Of a stretch of 64,000 nucleotides of DNA, positions 60,673 to 64,000 are shown in pieces (positions within the stretch are counted from its first letter, which is position 1; the number at the start of each line of letters is the position of its first letter). This DNA is from an uncultured Veillonellaceae bacterium. Its GTDB lineage: Bacteria > Bacillota > Negativicutes > JARBTT01. The DNA is taken from contig CAWDTA010000005.1 of the NCBI GenBank assembly GCA_963805085.1, forward strand, positions 384,001-448,000, read 5' to 3'. A model generated the notes under the pieces. It was not told the DNA's origin, made no database searches, and saw only the letters and a program-made list of their open reading frames with translations. The position numbers and the translations under genes are program-made.

Positions 60673-62388
60673 ATGAATTTTTTGAACAATATCAAGGTCG
60701 GTTTCAAAATAGGCATTTTAGTTTTAACTGCGTTGATAGTAGTAGCTATTGTTGGTGGAATAGGATATTTGTATTTGCAAAAAAGCAATGTTAGTATGAG
60801 TGTAATGTATGAAGAGCGATTGATTCCAGTAAGACTGATTAACGAAGTTAGGGCATCTGTAGCAATGACAAATTCAGCGATTTTAGAATTAATGATTACC
60901 ACGGATGATAATAAAAATAAAGAACTTGAAAAATTTATAGAGGATAACTCAAAACGATCAAATGACGTATTTGCCAAGCTTGAAAAAGTTAATTTAGATG
61001 ATAAAGGAAAAACCATATTTGCAAAGGTACAAACCATTAAAGATAAGTACCGGAATGAACGTAAATCTGTTATTGCTTTAGCTGATCAAAATAAAAATGA
61101 AGAAGCATATCATCTTTATAGCGCTAAAGTACAGCCGTTAGCTGCTGAATATATAGCAAATTTACAAGAGCTATCTATATATTATTCTGAAATATCAGAA
61201 AAAATGGAGAATGATAATGAGATTGCGGCTAGTCAAGCGAATAAAATTATATTGGGGATAATTTTATTTGCTGTTATCATTTTAGGGATAAGTGGAGTAT
61301 ATATTAATAAAACCATAGCCAACCCATTACATATGATGGTGAATGTTTGCAAAGAAATGGCAAATGGTGATTTTAGAGATAAACCACGGAGAGTGCTTAG
61401 AAAAGACGAAATTGGTGAAGTGGCAGATGCTTTGGCTAATATGCGAGATAGTCTTCGTGGTTTAATGAAGCATGTGAATGTTTCTGTGGAACAATTGGCA
61501 GCGTCGTCAGAAGAATTGACTGCTAGTGCAGATCAATCAGCAGAGGCAGCTACTCAAGTGGCTATATCTATTACCGATGTGGCAAAAGGTGCTGAAGAAC
61601 AGTTGCAAGCAGCGAATCACACGTCCTCAGCGGTAGAGCAAATATCCGCAAGTATTCAGCAGATTTCGGCTAATGCGAATGAAGTAGCTGGACAAGCGAT
61701 GCAGGCGGAAGAACAAGCAACTAAAGGGAATCAATCCGTTGGTAAAGCTGTTGCACAGATGAAATCAATTGAAGAAACGGTAGTTTCTTCCGCGCAGGTC
61801 GTAAAGAAATTGGGGGAACGTTCCAAAGAAATTGGACAAATTGTTGATACGATTTCTGGCATTGCTGGACAGACCAATTTACTTGCTCTCAATGCTGCAA
61901 TTGAAGCAGCCCGTGCTGGTGAACAAGGACGTGGCTTTGCCGTTGTTGCTGAAGAAGTTCGTAAATTAGCTGAACAATCACAAGATGCAGCGAAACAAAT
62001 CGCGAGCTTAATTGGTGAAATACAGGGTGAAACAGAAAAAGCAGTAGCTGCGATGGACGATGGTACGCGTGAAGTCAAGATCGGTGCCGAAGTTGTGAAT
62101 GAATCAGGTCTGGCTTTCCAAGATATTGCCACTAGAGTCAATCATGTAACTGGTCAAGTAAAAGAAATATCTCAAGCAATAGATCATATGGCGGAAGGTA
62201 GTCAAAAAATTTTTGCATCGGTTCAAAGGATCGATCAGTTGAGCAAAAATGCTTCAAGTGAATCACAATCGGTATCAGCAGCAACCGAAGAACAGTCTGC
62301 ATCTATGGAAGAAATTGCTTCAGCTAGTCAATCGTTAGCTAAATTGGCGATGGATCTCCGCTCTGAGGTTGGCAAATTTAACATTTAA
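60673..62388 (+). CDS. Methyl-accepting chemotaxis protein (4HB sensor)
   Basis: MYEERLIP four-helix sensor, HAMP, MCP motif. Confidence 0.95.
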   Translation: MNFLNNIKVGFKIGILVLTALIVVAIVGGIGYLYLQKSNVSMSVMYEERLIPVRLINEVRASVAMTNSAILELMITTDDNKNKELEKFIEDNSKRSNDVFAKLEKVNLDDKGKTIFAKVQTIKDKYRNERKSVIALADQNKNEEAYHLYSAKVQPLAAEYIANLQELSIYYSEISEKMENDNEIAASQANKIILGIILFAVIILGISGVYINKTIANPLHMMVNVCKEMANGDFRDKPRRVLRKDEIGEVADALANMRDSLRGLMKHVNVSVEQLAASSEELTASADQSAEAATQVAISITDVAKGAEEQLQAANHTSSAVEQISASIQQISANANEVAGQAMQAEEQATKGNQSVGKAVAQMKSIEETVVSSAQVVKKLGERSKEIGQIVDTISGIAGQTNLLALNAAIEAARAGEQGRGFAVVAEEVRKLAEQSQDAAKQIASLIGEIQGETEKAVAAMDDGTREVKIGAEVVNESGLAFQDIATRVNHVTGQVKEISQAIDHMAEGSQKIFASVQRIDQLSKNASSESQSVSAATEEQSASMEEIASASQSLAKLAMDLRSEVGKFNI

Positions 62389-62609
62389 ACGAAAATAAGA
62401 ATGATATATGTTGGTTTTTAGTGTATAAAGTGCTCTTACTAGTAAAATTTTTACTAGTAAGAGCTTTTTTTATCTATGTTTGTTATAAAAACTAAAGTCA
62501 TCTTTTGCAAAAAAAGCAAGAGATGACTTTAGTTTTTATTTCGTATTAATATCAATGTTACGTGGTTTCCATTTTAAAATAATTTTGACTTTTCTGCTTG
62601 TTTGGTTAA

Positions 62610-62969
62610 TCAATAGCTATCGTTTTTCCATGGTGGACAATTGTCATTATCTGATATCAATATTTCAATAGCCCGCCGTTTGTTAGGGGAGAGTTTGTTT
62701 AGCTTAATTAGAAATTGTAAATCTTCATCGGAAATATATATACTATTATAGATTGATTTTGTAAGTGGTTGCTGTTGACCACCAATGAGCCAATCTGTGC
62801 TCACTTCATATAAATCAGCCAATACTTTAAGAGTATAAGGATCTGGTGAGCTAATATTATTTTCATAATTGGATAGAGTTTTATTATTAATTCCTGTCCG
62901 CTCTTTTACTTGAATCTGTGATAGTTTAGACTGTTCTCTTATTTGCCGTAAACGATCTCCTAATTTCAA
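62610..62969 (-). CDS. XRE family HTH regulator
   Basis: LGDRLRQIR..TLSNYEN..LADLYEVSTDWL. Confidence 0.9.
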   Translation of the reverse strand: MKLGDRLRQIREQSKLSQIQVKERTGINNKTLSNYENNISSPDPYTLKVLADLYEVSTDWLIGGQQQPLTKSIYNSIYISDEDLQFLIKLNKLSPNKRRAIEILISDNDNCPPWKNDSY

Positions 62970-63189
62970 TGTATTTCACCTCCGTTCATTCTATGATACA
63001 AAAAAATGATGTAAAAAGATTTTTATTCCAAGAATAATAGAAAAATGTATTGACTTCCCAATAAACAGGAACTATAATCAAACTACATTTGATTAACGCT
63101 ATCCTTTAAAAAATGATATGTTCATTTGCAATACTTAAAAATCATTGGTTTTGTCGTAATTTTAGCAATATTTATAAGGAGAGATAATT

Positions 63190-64000
63190 ATGAGTAAATA
63201 TCAGAAAAACAATGTAGGTACTAACGTAGATCTAGATCACATTACTTTAACCGATGTCATTAATATGGATTTTCTTCAACGCTTTCAAGATGATTTTGCA
63301 AAGGGCGTGGGCGTGGCAAGTGTAACGGTTGATCCTGATGGAAAGCCTCTTACAAATCCTAGCAGCTATACTCGTTTTTGCATGGATTATACGCATTCAA
63401 CGGAGTGCGGTGATAAACGTTGCGCTGAATCACATCATAAAGGTGGCGAAGAAGCCGTACGGACAGGTAAACCAATAGTATATGAATGTCATGCTGGTCT
63501 TATTGATTTTGCAGCACCAATCATGCTTGAAGGGCGACATCTTGGAACGATTCTTGGTGGACAAGTTCTTACAGGCGTACCAGAGGAAGAAAAATATCGT
63601 AAAATTGCTGGGGAAATCGGTGTTGACGAAGACGGCTTTGTTGAAGCTGTAAAAGAAATAAGTCAATTGTCTAAGGAAAGAATCGAAGCTGCAGCGAATG
63701 TGCTATATATTGTTGCCAATAACATGTCAAAAGCTGCTTATCAAAAATTAAAATTACAAACCTCATCGGAAACACTAAGTGATGGAATTAGTCAAATATC
63801 GGCGACGATGGAAGAATTGGCGGCTTCTGCATCCACAGTGAGTCATACGCAAACTAGCTTAAATAATGAAATTAAAAATGTGAATGAAGTAACGGGAAAA
63901 ATTGACGAAGTAATGGAGTTCATTAAAGATATTGCTGATGAAACTAGATTGTTAGGCTTAAATGCAGCGATTGAAGCAGCAAGAGCAGGGGAAGCAGGCT
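63190..64000 (+). CDS. Cytoplasmic chemoreceptor, PocR sensor + MCP domain (3' end outside window)
   Basis: Not in the ORF track; LQRFQDDF..FCMDY..RC..YECHAGLIDFAAPI, then [17 protein letters not shown]; no TM. Confidence 0.9.
   Translation, partial: MSKYQKNNVGTNVDLDHITLTDVINMDFLQRFQDDFAKGVGVASVTVDPDGKPLTNPSSYTRFCMDYTHSTECGDKRCAESHHKGGEEAVRTGKPIVYECHAGLIDFAAPIMLEGRHLGTILGGQVLTGVPEEEKYRKIAGEIGVDEDGFVEAVKEISQLSKERIEAAANVLYIVANNMSKAAYQKLKLQTSSETLSDGISQISATMEELAASASTVSHTQTSLNNEIKNVNEVTGKIDEVMEFIKDIADETRLLGLNAAIEAARAGEAG

Overview
A low-GC Firmicute window, most likely a flagellated Negativicute (inferred from gene content: many MCPs, a signal-peptide CbiK, TRAP DctP). About 1-33.3 kb is a mosaic accessory region. 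It has three degenerate copies of a tRNA-Arg(UCU) 3' half with integrase-arm-like flanks (1575, 14673, 19619), three copies of a ~52-bp palindrome at module junctions (5451, 11251, 13833), REP-like motifs and many truncated genes. Its cargo is an SsuABC-like ABC importer, an AraC-GH31-MFS sugar module, a DynA-type dynamin preceded by an antisense-RNA attenuator, an FAD oxidase, LysR-MFS and a MerR (AdhR/NmlR-like) regulon. That regulon has four matching promoters and couples nickel-pincer cofactor genes larC-larE-larB to two Fe-S aldo-keto reductases, with no larA in the window. About 33.4-64 kb looks like core genome: mmsA/iolA, MCPs, orphan dctP, a stand-alone NrdD glycyl-radical tail, mscL, map, Fur-controlled flavodoxin and feoAB, a candidate Fur-regulated sRNA, five tRNAs, two cbiK paralogues, cbiL, an ABC importer and two cobalamin riboswitches. 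All calls come from reading motifs by eye; no searches were run.
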